IMG/VR virus record: IMGVR_UViG_3300010352_001202
DNA from: a virus
Taxonomy: Duplodnaviria > Caudoviricetes
Strand: one strand, 5' to 3'
Length of the DNA stretch: 64,000 bases
Part shown: positions 19,134-29,725 of the stretch, one piece after another
How positions within the stretch are numbered: position 1 is the first letter of the stretch
Layout: each line of letters starts with the position of its first letter
Made by a program: the position numbers and the translations under genes
Notes under the pieces: model-generated
Seen by the model: only the letters and a program-made list of their open reading frames with translations
What the model was told of the DNA's origin: nothing
The model's database searches: none

Positions 19134-19576
19134 AATGCAACATCACGGCTAACACCAACGGCAAGGGCCGCTGGACGGATGAGGAACGCATGGTCCTCAT
19201 CACCAAGCTGAAGATTGGCTACAACAGCCAGGAGTATTACCCGGAGGAACCGTTCAATGGTGAGCTGCGTGCTTACTTTGATCCAAGCGGCTTCGTCCCG
19301 GGTTCCTGGTATGTTCCGGGCCACGGTTTGATCTACACGGACAAGCAGTGGATGAAAGAGTTCAAGAAGGGCTTGCGTGAGCTCGGCCTGAGCATCAAGG
19401 CTGTGCAGGATGTCTGTTACAGCGAACAAGGAATGCAGGGCAACGATTATGTCTCGTTGGACATTGGTCCTGTGTTTTATGCAAGCTGGAAACGCCTCCT
19501 GAAGAAGCAGGAACAACCGATTGAACTTTCTCTTCCGTGGAAACCACAACTTAGTAACCTTAAGGAACCAGTATGA
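19130..19576 (+). CDS. conserved phage hypothetical protein
   Basis: GLIYTD...YSEQGMQG..YVS. Confidence 0.75.
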   Translation: MKCNITANTNGKGRWTDEERMVLITKLKIGYNSQEYYPEEPFNGELRAYFDPSGFVPGSWYVPGHGLIYTDKQWMKEFKKGLRELGLSIKAVQDVCYSEQGMQGNDYVSLDIGPVFYASWKRLLKKQEQPIELSLPWKPQLSNLKEPV

Positions 19577-19863
19577 AGCGCACTATTGCAACGATTCTTG
19601 CAGCGTCCATCCTGCTTACCGCTTGCGGTGCAGACAACAAGGTGATCGGTGGTGTCGAATATGGCACTTACGGTTTGATGAACCAATCGGAGATGAAGAA
19701 TCCGAACATCCAATACGAGATTTCGGGCTGGTCCATCTTTTGGTCATTCATTCTTGTTGAGACCATCATTGCCCCGATCTACTTCATCGGCTGGGATATG
19801 TACCAACCGATCGGCAAGAAGGACCCGAACTGGGTGCCTGGCCAGGTAAATCCGGCCAAATAA
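19573..19863 (+). CDS. lipoprotein
   Basis: Lipobox LTAC; internal hydrophobic segment. Confidence 0.75.
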   Translation: MKRTIATILAASILLTACGADNKVIGGVEYGTYGLMNQSEMKNPNIQYEISGWSIFWSFILVETIIAPIYFIGWDMYQPIGKKDPNWVPGQVNPAK

Positions 19864-19864
19864 A

Positions 19865-20170
19865 TCAACCTTTGTATTTGTGGACTGAGGAGACCACTAC
19901 GTAAACGTAGTGGTCTCCTACTTGTGTCATAAGTGGCAATCTATGTTGATCAGATCGGTAAGCCTTCAATATCTCTACATTGTGATCGATAAGGAAGGTA
20001 AGTAGTTCTCTAAGGTGTGTTCGGGATATATTTCCGTGCAAACCCCTGATCCAAACAATGGTCGATGTCTCCCATAACAAAGTGCATATAGCAACATAGG
20101 GTTCAAATGGATTATCGGTTTCGGAAGAATAAAAACGTAGGGTGGATGTGAGGATTTCATGTCTGATCAT
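19865..20170 (-). CDS. hypothetical protein
   Basis: TAAATA late promoter just upstream on minus strand. Confidence 0.6.
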   Translation of the reverse strand: MIRHEILTSTLRFYSSETDNPFEPYVAICTLLWETSTIVWIRGLHGNISRTHLRELLTFLIDHNVEILKAYRSDQHRLPLMTQVGDHYVYVVVSSVHKYKG

Positions 20171-20300
20171 ATTATTATTTAGTTTGCAACCAGATTGACA
20201 TCTAACTCGCTATAACACATAATACAACTTCCCAGGACGGTCTGTGATAGGCACAGTGGGGTCCAACAAAGTAACTAATGCCATGAAAGGCACACATAAA

Positions 20301-21044
20301 ATGAAGAAAATCCTTACTGCTCTTGCACTTGCAGCGTGCACCTTTTCGGCGTCTGCCGGGCTGGTGTTGGGCGCACCCGGTCTTGCTGATCAAGGTACTT
20401 TGACCTTGAATAATTTTGCCAATGGTGGCCACAGTGGCACTATCCAAGCAAACCCGTTTCCTGCCGAATCGGTTGGTGTCGGTGGTATGAACACTACGTT
20501 CGCCGGCTCGCTTGCGAGTGACGGTTCGTACACTGTCTACTGCGTCGAAGCATATTCCCCAGCATATTGGGGCGCAGGCGGTGCGCATGTTTACGACTTC
20601 GGTGCTGCTGCTGTCAGTGCTCAGAGCATCCTGATCAGCAAGCTGTTCACTGTCAACGGCGGCGTGACTGCTTCGAGTAACGACAACTCCGCTGGCCTGC
20701 AGCTGGCTATCTGGGAAGTTTTGTATGACTCGAATCCGGTGGACGTGACCTCCGGCCAGTTTCATGCATCCGTTACTTCCGGCGCCACTGCACGGGCCAA
20801 CTACCTGCTGTCGCAAGTCAACTCGGTCGGTGCCAACTACATGGTATCGTTGTTCACTGATAACAACCTGGAGAAGCCGGGCCGACAAGACTTCATCACC
20901 GTGACCGCAGGGACGTTCGGCTGTAATGAAAATGATTGTGGCGGCACCGTTCCCGAACCAGGCAGCCTAGCACTTGCTGGCATGGGCCTTATGGGCGCAG
21001 GCGTGGTTGGTCGGCGTCGCAAGCTGAAGGTTGTTTCCGAGTAA
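20301..21044 (+). CDS. PEP-CTERM sorting-domain protein with putative Cys-Gln thioester domain
   Basis: Signal peptide; VYCVE and LQLAIWE; C-terminal VPEPGSLAL-TM-RRRK. Confidence 0.9.
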   Translation: MKKILTALALAACTFSASAGLVLGAPGLADQGTLTLNNFANGGHSGTIQANPFPAESVGVGGMNTTFAGSLASDGSYTVYCVEAYSPAYWGAGGAHVYDFGAAAVSAQSILISKLFTVNGGVTASSNDNSAGLQLAIWEVLYDSNPVDVTSGQFHASVTSGATARANYLLSQVNSVGANYMVSLFTDNNLEKPGRQDFITVTAGTFGCNENDCGGTVPEPGSLALAGMGLMGAGVVGRRRKLKVVSE

Positions 21045-21064
21045 ATCCGGAACTTCTTTCATAC

Positions 21065-21086
21065 AGAGGCCTTCGGGCCTCTTCTC
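21065..21086 (+). terminator. intrinsic terminator
   Basis: AGAGGCC-TTCG-GGCCTCT TCT. Confidence 0.65.
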
Positions 21087-21151
21087 ACGACCGCAAATAA
21101 CAACAACACCCTTTTCTCTGATAAATACATAAAACATTATTGGAGAAAAAT

Positions 21152-21955
21152 ATGTTAGCATTATTGAAAGCATTCTTCGCAAAGTTCTTCGCCAAGAAAG
21201 TTGCTGAAGTTATTGAACATCAACTAAATGGTTGGATTGTAGATAAGGCCGATGGCAGGGACCTTATCTACAAGGCACCGCGAGTTACAAAAACACGCGC
21301 ATTGGCACCATCGGTTGATCTTACACCATTATTCGGCCCGGTTGAAAGTCAAGGAGCACTCAATGCCTGCGTCGGGCATGCTGTTACGTCAGCACTTGAA
21401 GTTGGCCTAAAGACTACTGATAAATCTCGCCTATTTGTATACTACAATGCCCGCGCTGGCGAGCTAACAACATCAAGGGATGCCGGCTGTGGAATCCGTA
21501 GTGCGATTCTGGGCGTAGCAAAAAAGGGTGCGGCAGATGAAGCACTGTGGCCATACGACGCAAGCATGGTCCTGGTAGCACCCACAGCAGCCGCGGTTTC
21601 AGACGGATTAAGCGTGCCGCCCAGGATCTCTACATACGAGCGCGTCACTACACTTGCAGCACTGAAGGGTGCCATCAATAGTGGCCTACCAGTTGTATTT
21701 GGTTTCAAGGTATATCAACACTTCCGCACAGAAACTGCAACAACAGGAATGTATTCATTCCCAGCAGGCCAATCACAGATTGGTAGCCACGCTGTTGTAG
21801 CCGTAGGGTATGATGACACAACAGGTATGGTGAAGTGCCGCAACTCGTTTGGATCAAACTGGGGGCAGGCAGGATATTTCTACATGCCTTATGCCTGGTT
21901 TGTTGACTTCACTTCGCAGGTATCAGACGCCTGGGTTATTCGTCCTAAAGTCTAA
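21152..21955 (+). CDS. papain-like cysteine protease (C1A)
   Basis: QG.LNAC, HAVVAVGY, RNSFG..WG..GYF; ATAAATA upstream. Confidence 0.92.
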   Translation: MLALLKAFFAKFFAKKVAEVIEHQLNGWIVDKADGRDLIYKAPRVTKTRALAPSVDLTPLFGPVESQGALNACVGHAVTSALEVGLKTTDKSRLFVYYNARAGELTTSRDAGCGIRSAILGVAKKGAADEALWPYDASMVLVAPTAAAVSDGLSVPPRISTYERVTTLAALKGAINSGLPVVFGFKVYQHFRTETATTGMYSFPAGQSQIGSHAVVAVGYDDTTGMVKCRNSFGSNWGQAGYFYMPYAWFVDFTSQVSDAWVIRPKV

Positions 21956-22342
21956 TATCATTTGCCACCCCTGGGTGGTCGCATAATCTCCTGTCCAGCT
22001 GCATAATACTTGCAGCAACAGGAGATTGTCTTTTGTTGCACCCCAACCCACACACGAAAGACACAAATGGAAGCCCTTGTCAAACTCATCCTCGTCGTCC
22101 TGTTCATCTGTTTCCTGCTGCTGGCAGGTCCCTGGTGCTTCATCTGGGGCATCAACACGCTGATGGCTGCTTCGATGGTCGGTGCTCCGGCTGGCGCCTT
22201 TGTCCCGCAGATCGCCTTCAGCTTCTGGACCTGGCTGGCTGCGATCCTGGCAGGCGGCCTGGCCATCCTGCCGTCCGTGCGCCGCGGTTGATCTTCCAGT
22301 GGGGTGGTGCTATACTAACGCATCACCCCACTTGGAACAAAA

Positions 22343-22723
22343 ATGAACGCGAAGCCAGGAGATAAGTTTTCACTCAGGATACCTGGTCAGGGTGTCCAAA
22401 ACAAGGTTGCCTGCATCAAGGCTATCCGTACACTTACGGGCCTTGGGCTGAAGGAAGCAAAGGATGCGTCCGAACGCTACAACGAGCAGCAATCTTTCGA
22501 GTTCTCTGGCTCGCTCTTCCTTCCACACATCGCCACCGATCAAGAAATCGATAACCAGTTCCGCATCCTGCGTGCTGAAATGGTTGAAGTCGGTGATCCC
22601 GTCTACAAACTGCTGGAAGAACTTCGCAGAATCGGTGCGCAAGCATTGATTCAAGGTGAAGACGAACTTGCCAACGAAATCCTTCAACTTGTCTTAGCGG
22701 AGAAACTTCGTAGAGCTGTATGA
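22343..22723 (+). CDS. ribosomal protein bL12 C-terminal-domain-like protein
   Basis: NKVACIKAIRTLTGLGLKEAKD. Confidence 0.8.
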   Translation: MNAKPGDKFSLRIPGQGVQNKVACIKAIRTLTGLGLKEAKDASERYNEQQSFEFSGSLFLPHIATDQEIDNQFRILRAEMVEVGDPVYKLLEELRRIGAQALIQGEDELANEILQLVLAEKLRRAV

Positions 22724-22888
22724 AGCAGAACCCGACACCGCAGCGGTTGCACGATCGCATTTCGAAAAATAGAAAAGTTCGAAAACTGATATTTGTTGTC
22801 TGCTATCCGGGAAGACGGCTACTACCGTCGACAAAGCGGGCAAGAAGAATATCAAAAACATTCTACCAGAAACTTTCGGAGAATAAGC

Positions 22889-23092
22889 ATGACTGAGTTC
22901 AAGGCTGGTGATAAAATCCGTCTGATCAAAATGGGTGATGATCCTACCCCCATTCCGCCGGGTGCAACTGGTACTATCCAACACTACACCATCTTTGGTC
23001 TCGGTGCCATTATCACTGTGAAGTGGGATCCACCAAACGAATCCAGAGCACTCAATCTCTGCTATCCGGAAGATTGGTTTGAGGTTATTTGA
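22889..23092 (+). CDS. DUF4314-like SH3-fold protein
   Basis: GDKIRLIKM.DD..PIPPG.TGT...VKWD. Confidence 0.7.
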   Translation: MTEFKAGDKIRLIKMGDDPTPIPPGATGTIQHYTIFGLGAIITVKWDPPNESRALNLCYPEDWFEVI

Positions 23093-23112
23093 TAAGACTC
23101 CAAAGGTAATAG

Positions 23113-23152
23113 TTGACGCAGGTACTGGTCTGCTACATAATACATACATCGC
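23113..23152 (+). promoter_or_regulatory. early promoter cassette
   Basis: TTGACG-N17-CATAAT-ACATACATCGC. Confidence 0.8.
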
Positions 23153-24423
23153 ACACAGGAGCACACGATGAGCCGAACCAAAGCAATCAATGAATACTGC
23201 AAGGGTTGCATTTACGACCACAAGGCGCCCGGAACTTGGCGTGAACAGGTCGAGAACTGCAACTCTGGTCCGCAAGCCAAGGTGCCGTGCCCGCTGTGGC
23301 CGTACCGTCCCATCACCGTTGCAACCGTCAACGCCAACCGGAAGCACCGCGACACGGCCGGCAACGAGATCGACATGGATGCACTCCTGGCCGATCTGGA
23401 AGACGAAGAAGACGAGCCTGCTGCGGATCCGGTGGCATGAAAAAGTTCATCCTGTGGCACGATGGTGACAAGGATACGGGCATTCCCGGCGAGCGCGCCG
23501 AGGTGGTGTTCGATCCCGATTCCATTGCCGGCCATTCTGCCGAAATCGGGCAAAGCCATGTTGCCCATGTCAGGATTGTCCTGAAGGATGCTTTTCAGAA
23601 GCTCTGGGACTTTCCTGTCAAAGTCAATGTCGAATAAGGAATCGTGATGCTCAAGTCTATCAGTTACTGCACCGCAAACGAAGACGGCGTGGAAGAAATC
23701 TCCATTTGCCGTGATCGCACACTGCTCGAATGGTCCAAGCACATGCTGGCCACCGGCTCCAGCGATCGCGAAATCACCGAGGTGTATGTGGTTGATGGAC
23801 TGCAATGGGTGGACAAGGCTACTCGCATTGCGCCCGGTTTCGAGAAGCAACACGAGCTCTTCGAAATCAAGGGCGAATTCAAGCGCCAGGACAGCCAGTT
23901 GACGGCATAACTCCTTCTGCTATAATAAACACAAGCAACAAGGAATAGACATGCGAGTTTCCAAGCAAGGCCTGCAATCACAAGTTCGTGTGTTGAAGCG
24001 TCCCGAAACCATGTTTGCGGAAGACGACAGCTGGCGCATGGGCCACATCATGCTGGACAAGGATGCAAGCGGCTACATGCTGGAAGAGGTGGTTGGTTCG
24101 GCTGGTTCCACTAACAACCTGTCAACTCGCATGTCTGCATCGGACATGGATACCTACCTTACCGGCATGCTGCGCGGTGTTGGACTCACAGTGAAAGTGT
24201 AAGAACATGGCACTCTTAGGAAAACAGGTCAAACTTACTGGCCTCAGTCAAAAGGGCAAGAACAGGGTCAGGGAACACTCAAACGAGTGGGTAGTTCTCG
24301 CGGAAACAGATCATGTTTTGTTCGCACCGGGGGCTGTTGGCCCGTGGATCTTTGTGTCCCCGAAGGGCTGCGATCAGAATCACAAGGCATCGAGATGGAT
24401 CAAGGTAACCGGGGACCCCGATT

Positions 24424-24981
24424 TTAGGATAGAGGAGTAGACTCCAACCTTTGTAGTCTTTTTGCCTCTTCTCTTGCCTTTGCTGCTATTTTCATCCGGG
24501 CTTTTGTTTCTTCGCTTTTCGGACCGAATGATCTTCCCTTCAGGGCTGCACTTAGTTTATCTTTTGTTTCATTACTGATTTGTTTCTTCGGCCTGCCTAA
24601 GTGATATTCCCTAATCCTGGCCTTTGCCTCTTCTGTGTGATGATAACCCGGTTTTCCCTTTCTTCCTTTTTGTATAATACTTTTTTGTTTTTTCTGTTCC
24701 TCTGTATATTGATAACCGGATGTTCCGTCGCCACCATCCGTCCTGTTATTTAGAATACCTGTTCCTAAGTCCTTCCTACCATACCACCTAATCATTCTGC
24801 GTTCAAGAGCAAATGCTCCAATCTCGGATAGGTTGGTCTCTAAGAAAACTATTCTAAAACGATCTCTCGGTGTAGTCGCACTTCCGTTATGCGGTCTTAC
24901 AGCACGATCGCCTTTTCCTTTTCCAATGTAATATGGTGTCCCATCCTTTCGGAGGTAAGCATAGACATAAAATATATACAT
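24424..24981 (-). CDS. GIY-YIG homing endonuclease with NUMOD3-like tail
   Basis: FYVYAY...PYYIGKG...R; ERRMI.WYGRKD; N.TDGGDG. Confidence 0.9.
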   Translation of the reverse strand: MYIFYVYAYLRKDGTPYYIGKGKGDRAVRPHNGSATTPRDRFRIVFLETNLSEIGAFALERRMIRWYGRKDLGTGILNNRTDGGDGTSGYQYTEEQKKQKSIIQKGRKGKPGYHHTEEAKARIREYHLGRPKKQISNETKDKLSAALKGRSFGPKSEETKARMKIAAKAREEAKRLQRLESTPLS

Positions 24982-25102
24982 ACTTTATTTATCCGGGCTA
25001 ACCGTAGGTTGACAGACTTCTGCCAAGAGTGCATAATCAGACTACGGTGGACGGAATAAGCCAGACACCTGTAAACACACACAATCCACTTTGGAGATAC
25101 AC

Positions 25103-25570
25103 ATGACCCAAGCTACCGATACCACCGTTACCCAAACCCCCGACACCACGACCGCCACTGCTGCGCCGGCTGCCCCGAAGGCCCCGAGCAAGAAGTCCCT
25201 GGCCCTGGCGATCTTCCAGGCCAAGATGGCCGACCGCGTCGCCGGCAAGTTCGCGTCCAACAAGGAATTCCGCGCTGCTGTGCTGACCACCATCCAGGCC
25301 GACCTGGGCGTGAGCGTTGCATCCGCTGCGACGATGTACAACGCCGCCAAGAAGGACGCCGAAGCCGCTGACGCCACCGTCAAGCTGGGCCGTGACCCGA
25401 AGAAGGAAAAGGCCCCGTCGACCGGCAAGCGCGGCCGTCCCGCTGGTAGTCGCAACAAAGAAAAAGCACCTGTCGAAGCACCTGCAGCCGATGCTGTGAT
25501 TCTTCCGGCTGCTGAACTGGAAACTGTTCCGGAAGTTGCAACGCCCGCGGCTGAACCGGCACACGCCTAA
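25103..25570 (+). CDS. putative DNA-binding protein (ASAATxYN family)
   Basis: FR..V...LGVSVASAATMYN; KRGRP AT-hook-like motif. Confidence 0.75.
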   Translation: MTQATDTTVTQTPDTTTATAAPAAPKAPSKKSLALAIFQAKMADRVAGKFASNKEFRAAVLTTIQADLGVSVASAATMYNAAKKDAEAADATVKLGRDPKKEKAPSTGKRGRPAGSRNKEKAPVEAPAADAVILPAAELETVPEVATPAAEPAHA

Positions 25571-25614
25571 TCAGATTCCAGTCTGCCACATAGTCCATAG
25601 CGGGTAAATACGCT

Positions 25615-26277
25615 ATGGACTATTCGCGCATTTACAATCAGCTAATAGAACGCGGGCAAAATCGTCAAGAAGGCAGGCGCCGTAAAGACCTGGTTAGTTT
25701 ACTGGGACACATAGAACGACATCATATAAAGCCGAGATCTCTCGGTGGTGCAGATTCTCCGGAAAATCTAGTATACCTTACCCCGGAGGAGCATTTTGTT
25801 GCACACAAACTTTTAGTAAAGCTTCATCCAAATGATATCGGTCCGTTACGGGCGCTGATGATCCTATCGGGAAGAAATAACAAATATAGAAACAACAAGT
25901 TATTTGGGTGGGCCCGCAAACGCTATTCGGAAATGCGCAAGGGTAACATACCTTGGAATAAGGGTCTAACCTGGTCGGAAGAAGTAAAAGATAAGATAAG
26001 GGAAGCTCGTAAGTTGCAAGTTATCACAGACGAAACTCGGGCAAAGATTAGTGCCGCCGGAAGTGGTAAAAATAATCATTTCTATGGTAAAAAGCATTCG
26101 GCCGAATCAAAAGCAAAAACGAGTGCAAACAATAAATCCAGTAAGAAAGTATCCTGTGATGGTGTTGTGTATAACTCAATGGCCGATGCCGCCACGGCAT
26201 ATGGATTCAAGTTATATGTAACAGTAAAGAAAAGATGCTTATCCGAAAAATGGCCCGGTTGGTTCATACTCGATTGA
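25615..26277 (+). CDS. HNH homing endonuclease with NUMOD3-like tail
   Basis: ERHHIKPRSLGG...NLV.LT.EEH..AH; PWNKG; N.FYGKKHS. Confidence 0.9.
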   Translation: MDYSRIYNQLIERGQNRQEGRRRKDLVSLLGHIERHHIKPRSLGGADSPENLVYLTPEEHFVAHKLLVKLHPNDIGPLRALMILSGRNNKYRNNKLFGWARKRYSEMRKGNIPWNKGLTWSEEVKDKIREARKLQVITDETRAKISAAGSGKNNHFYGKKHSAESKAKTSANNKSSKKVSCDGVVYNSMADAATAYGFKLYVTVKKRCLSEKWPGWFILD

Positions 26278-26307
26278 CTATTTGTTTTGCAGCCATTACA
26301 ATGCAGC

Positions 26308-26856
26308 ATGGCAACAAAATCTACCAAATCTACCAAACTTCCCGATCAGGTCTATGTGACCCAGAAGAAGCAACCCAAGTATGACAACGGCGTCATCATC
26401 GGGTATGACACCCCGCTGGGCTTCCTGAACGCTTACGAGCCGAAGAAGTCGACCTGGGCATCCAAGATGAAGACTCAGATCGAATGGGCCTATGGTGGAT
26501 ACATGGCTGATTTCAAATGGGAAGACCGCGGCGGGCATATGTGGATCTCCGGCTGGCGCTGGGACTACGATCCCGTTACCCGCGACAGAATAAAGAAAGT
26601 GCTCGACGACTGGGCCGATCCACAACCGATGGTGTACGACAATGCACCGATGCGTGGCTTCAAGATCGAGAACTCTGTGAGTCGATATTCCACTTCCAAC
26701 AAGCTGTGGCGCATCCTGGACCCACGTGGGTTTGAACTTGAGATCACTACTGGCTGCCTGGAAACAATCATCATGGAAGCTGGCATCCTGAAGGGCGGGG
26801 AGATCGACGCACCTTGCAGCTGGATGAGCAACAAGAACCTAGTAGTGGTGCCCTAA
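26308..26856 (+). CDS. conserved phage hypothetical protein
   Basis: N.P..GF.I...RY...NK.WRI.DPRGF.LEI; leaderless. Confidence 0.75.
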   Translation: MATKSTKSTKLPDQVYVTQKKQPKYDNGVIIGYDTPLGFLNAYEPKKSTWASKMKTQIEWAYGGYMADFKWEDRGGHMWISGWRWDYDPVTRDRIKKVLDDWADPQPMVYDNAPMRGFKIENSVSRYSTSNKLWRILDPRGFELEITTGCLETIIMEAGILKGGEIDAPCSWMSNKNLVVVP

Positions 26857-26857
26857 T

Positions 26858-27325
26858 ATGAAAAATGTAACTGCTCAAGTCAACAACGGCCACGAAGACT
26901 GCATTGTCAAAATTGCAGAAGTTGAAGCCAGACGCAATGCGAAATATGTCGGGCAGATGGCAATCCGCGACGCCCACGGCAACTGGTCGGAAGATGTTCC
27001 TGCGGAGATCTTCTGGCAGGAAACACCCCCGGTGGAAGGATACTCCAACTACTTCGCATTGTTCGTGCGTCGTGGTGTGCTGTACATCACAAGTGGTGCA
27101 TCTGCTGTAGAAGGCGTTATCAACGGTGTAGTGGCGGATGATGGCGAAATCATCTACAGTCGCGCCCGCCACGACATGCGCTACTCGCAAGACAAGTCTG
27201 TCTGGATTGACGGTGGAAGAGACTACATGCGCAGCGGTATGCATGGCCGATTCATCCTGCTGAAGGTTGTTGACGGACAATGGTTCGAACTCGAAGGTGA
27301 GGAGATTCCAAATGAAGGCGAGTGA
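26858..27325 (+). CDS. conserved phage hypothetical protein
   Basis: IIYSRARHD...IDGGRDY. Confidence 0.75.
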   Translation: MKNVTAQVNNGHEDCIVKIAEVEARRNAKYVGQMAIRDAHGNWSEDVPAEIFWQETPPVEGYSNYFALFVRRGVLYITSGASAVEGVINGVVADDGEIIYSRARHDMRYSQDKSVWIDGGRDYMRSGMHGRFILLKVVDGQWFELEGEEIPNEGE

Positions 27326-27535
27326 AGCACGGGCGATGGCAGACGAGAAGTCTTACTTCAGGCAAATCCGTGCTGAAGCAATGACAGGGAAAACTGTCAC
27401 CACCCTGGAGTTTATTTCTCGCGAGTTTGCCGACCAGGCAAGGCTTCATCTGACAAGTCTGGGTTATGAATGCGGCAAAATCAAAGAGCACAAGGATTCG
27501 TTTGGTGATGACTACTTGTTCCATGTGAGCTGGTA

Positions 27536-28009
27536 ATGAACATCCTGCTTGTAATCCATTCATCTGGTAGTTATGATGACTTCCGTGAAGATCCTGTCCT
27601 TGCCACATTCGATCAAGCGAAGGCTGATGCGAAGGTAGCAGAGATGAAGGCTCGCCTTGTTCGCAGGAACGAAGTGTGGGGTCTGATAAACATCACCCAT
27701 ATGAAACAATGGGATGCAGTCAATCCGCGACCATTGGTAGGTACCATCAAACCGAAGGCACTTCCTAACTTCGGTGGCGGCGGGTTCAACAAGTGGACAC
27801 TGACGCAAAAGGAACAGTATCGTGCAGCAAAAGCTGCCAATATGCAGGCAGCAATTGATGCGGCAAAGCCACACAATGAATGGTGTAATCGCCGATACGA
27901 CGAACTAAAGCGAATCACTGCAACCTATACAGCGCAGGAACAGGAAGATCTTACGCAAATGTCTGACGATTCCGACTGGCGCGTCGACGAAGTACCCTTT
28001 GTGGAGTAA
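27536..28009 (+). CDS. hypothetical protein
   Basis: ORF in coupled run. Confidence 0.65.
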   Translation: MNILLVIHSSGSYDDFREDPVLATFDQAKADAKVAEMKARLVRRNEVWGLINITHMKQWDAVNPRPLVGTIKPKALPNFGGGGFNKWTLTQKEQYRAAKAANMQAAIDAAKPHNEWCNRRYDELKRITATYTAQEQEDLTQMSDDSDWRVDEVPFVE

Positions 28010-28011
28010 GC

Positions 28012-28224
28012 ATGGTTATCAAAGTTATCAAAGAAGGGCCCGATCCCTCCGTTGTGAAGCAGGTTGTATGCAGTCATTGTGGTGCAACCCTTGAATACAC
28101 GCCGATTGATGTCCAGCAACGGAGCTATACGGATTACGGCGGTGATAGCGATACTTCATATTGGATCAATTGTCCTAAATGCAGCTCGCACATTTCGGTA
28201 AGGAACCCTCTTCTTCGGTCATAG
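28012..28224 (+). CDS. Zn-ribbon protein
   Basis: CSHC...CPKC. Confidence 0.65.
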   Translation: MVIKVIKEGPDPSVVKQVVCSHCGATLEYTPIDVQQRSYTDYGGDSDTSYWINCPKCSSHISVRNPLLRS

Positions 28225-28758
28225 TTGTATATGAAAAACAACATGACCGAAGACGACACCTACAATGCACTGCGTAGGATTCCTTGGCATGACTTGTTAG
28301 AACGCACCCGTAGTCTTACTCATTTCTGTGTAGGGCACGAGGTGCGTCGCCGCGAAGAAGCACTCGCAAACGCTGCCGAACTCCGTAAGTACAATAGGAT
28401 GAAGTGGTTGAAACCTTTCCTTGGAGCACAGGCTGTTGAGCCTATCTATCTCAACACAACCATCAATCTGGATACATCAGTCACTCGTTCTGCATTAGAT
28501 GGTACAGGATGGATATACGAAGATTACATGGCAGAAATCAACAAGATAGTTGATGCAATAGATGCCGAAGCCCTTTCAAAAAAGAGGAAGAAATACGGAC
28601 TTATTGGCGCACTTTGTTTCCTAGCATTATTTCTCAATGTGGTAGTTACCTTGTTATTTGGGCCCGTAGGATGGTTGAGTGAGATTTTTATTGGCCTGGT
28701 AAACGGTGTTCTATCTGGTTCCCTATATAGCATCCTTGAAGAAAAACTAGACCTGTAA
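28225..28758 (+). CDS. membrane protein (MTEDDT family, cf. 16858)
   Basis: MTEDDTYNALRR; two C-terminal TM segments. Confidence 0.65.
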   Translation: MYMKNNMTEDDTYNALRRIPWHDLLERTRSLTHFCVGHEVRRREEALANAAELRKYNRMKWLKPFLGAQAVEPIYLNTTINLDTSVTRSALDGTGWIYEDYMAEINKIVDAIDAEALSKKRKKYGLIGALCFLALFLNVVVTLLFGPVGWLSEIFIGLVNGVLSGSLYSILEEKLDL

Positions 28759-28799
28759 TCTAAAACCTACAGTAGATTTTCCGGTTTAGTTTTCCATCT

Positions 28800-28871
28800 C
28801 AGATTTGGAAATCTAAATAGGAAAGTTACACAAGAATCCTGCGGCAAAATCACACACAGAAAACGCACCTA
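28800..28871. repeat. 13-bp periodic element, copy 2
   Basis: CAGATTTGGAAAT; 13-mers at 28807, 28820, 28833, 28846, 28859. Confidence 0.7.
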
Positions 28872-29146
28872 TGAACACGCACGTTGGTTGGTTTCCTCCT
28901 CCTATCGACTCTACACGACTGTCGCTATATCGTGTTGTGATAAGGACAGAGGATAAGGATAGGTTCTTCGACCTATTGGCAGGTATCCGGCCTGACGATA
29001 ATAAGATAGACAGAATAGAGCCACACTCTGACATCCACAGGATTGATATTGTAATCAACGACGAGGAACTTGCTTTCCTAAAGTTGGCCATGCCAAAGTT
29101 TACTGAAAGTTGGCTCCAAATGTGGGATGATAATGACCGTTACTGA
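28871..29146 (+). CDS. hypothetical protein (xxLKL family)
   Basis: DEELAFLKLAMP. Confidence 0.6.
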   Translation: MNTHVGWFPPPIDSTRLSLYRVVIRTEDKDRFFDLLAGIRPDDNKIDRIEPHSDIHRIDIVINDEELAFLKLAMPKFTESWLQMWDDNDRY

Positions 29147-29411
29147 ACAACCACGCGATCGTCCCTACCTGCGTTATGTGTTTGTGCGTGCAGCAGATGT
29201 GCCACGGATGCGTGAAATCATTACGGCTATTCCACGCAAGAAAGTATTGCGCCATATAAATCATGGAACAGATGCTATATCTCGTTTTTCGATTTATGTA
29301 AAGCAGCAAGAACTTCTTATGATGTCGCTAACCTTCCAGTGGATACGAATAGAGAAGCCGAGATATAAGAAAGCAAAAGACAGATTTGGTTGGAAGAATA
29401 TCCAAGTCTAA
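29127..29411 (+). CDS. hypothetical protein (xxLKL family)
   Basis: QQELLMMSLTFQ. Confidence 0.55.
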   Translation: MIMTVTEQPRDRPYLRYVFVRAADVPRMREIITAIPRKKVLRHINHGTDAISRFSIYVKQQELLMMSLTFQWIRIEKPRYKKAKDRFGWKNIQV

Positions 29412-29725
29412 AAGAATCCATTGGTTTCATCTGTATATCATTGTGTCATCCCGATAGTATTGGACCACTCGATTTCTACAGATTACCAAATGGGTTTCTA
29501 TTAGAGTTTCATAGACGAATACCATAACGAAACTCGAAAACCGAAACCTAGTTACATTTCGTTGCCAAAAGGCGACGCGGCCCGGCCAAACGGTCTTGGT
29601 GAAACCCTATACGCGGTCACTATATACAATGTCGACCGGACGCGGAACGGTTATCATCCTTTGGTCGACCAATCCCGAGGATGGCCATACACTTATGGAA
29701 TCGCTAACCAAACGCCACAAGCAAC

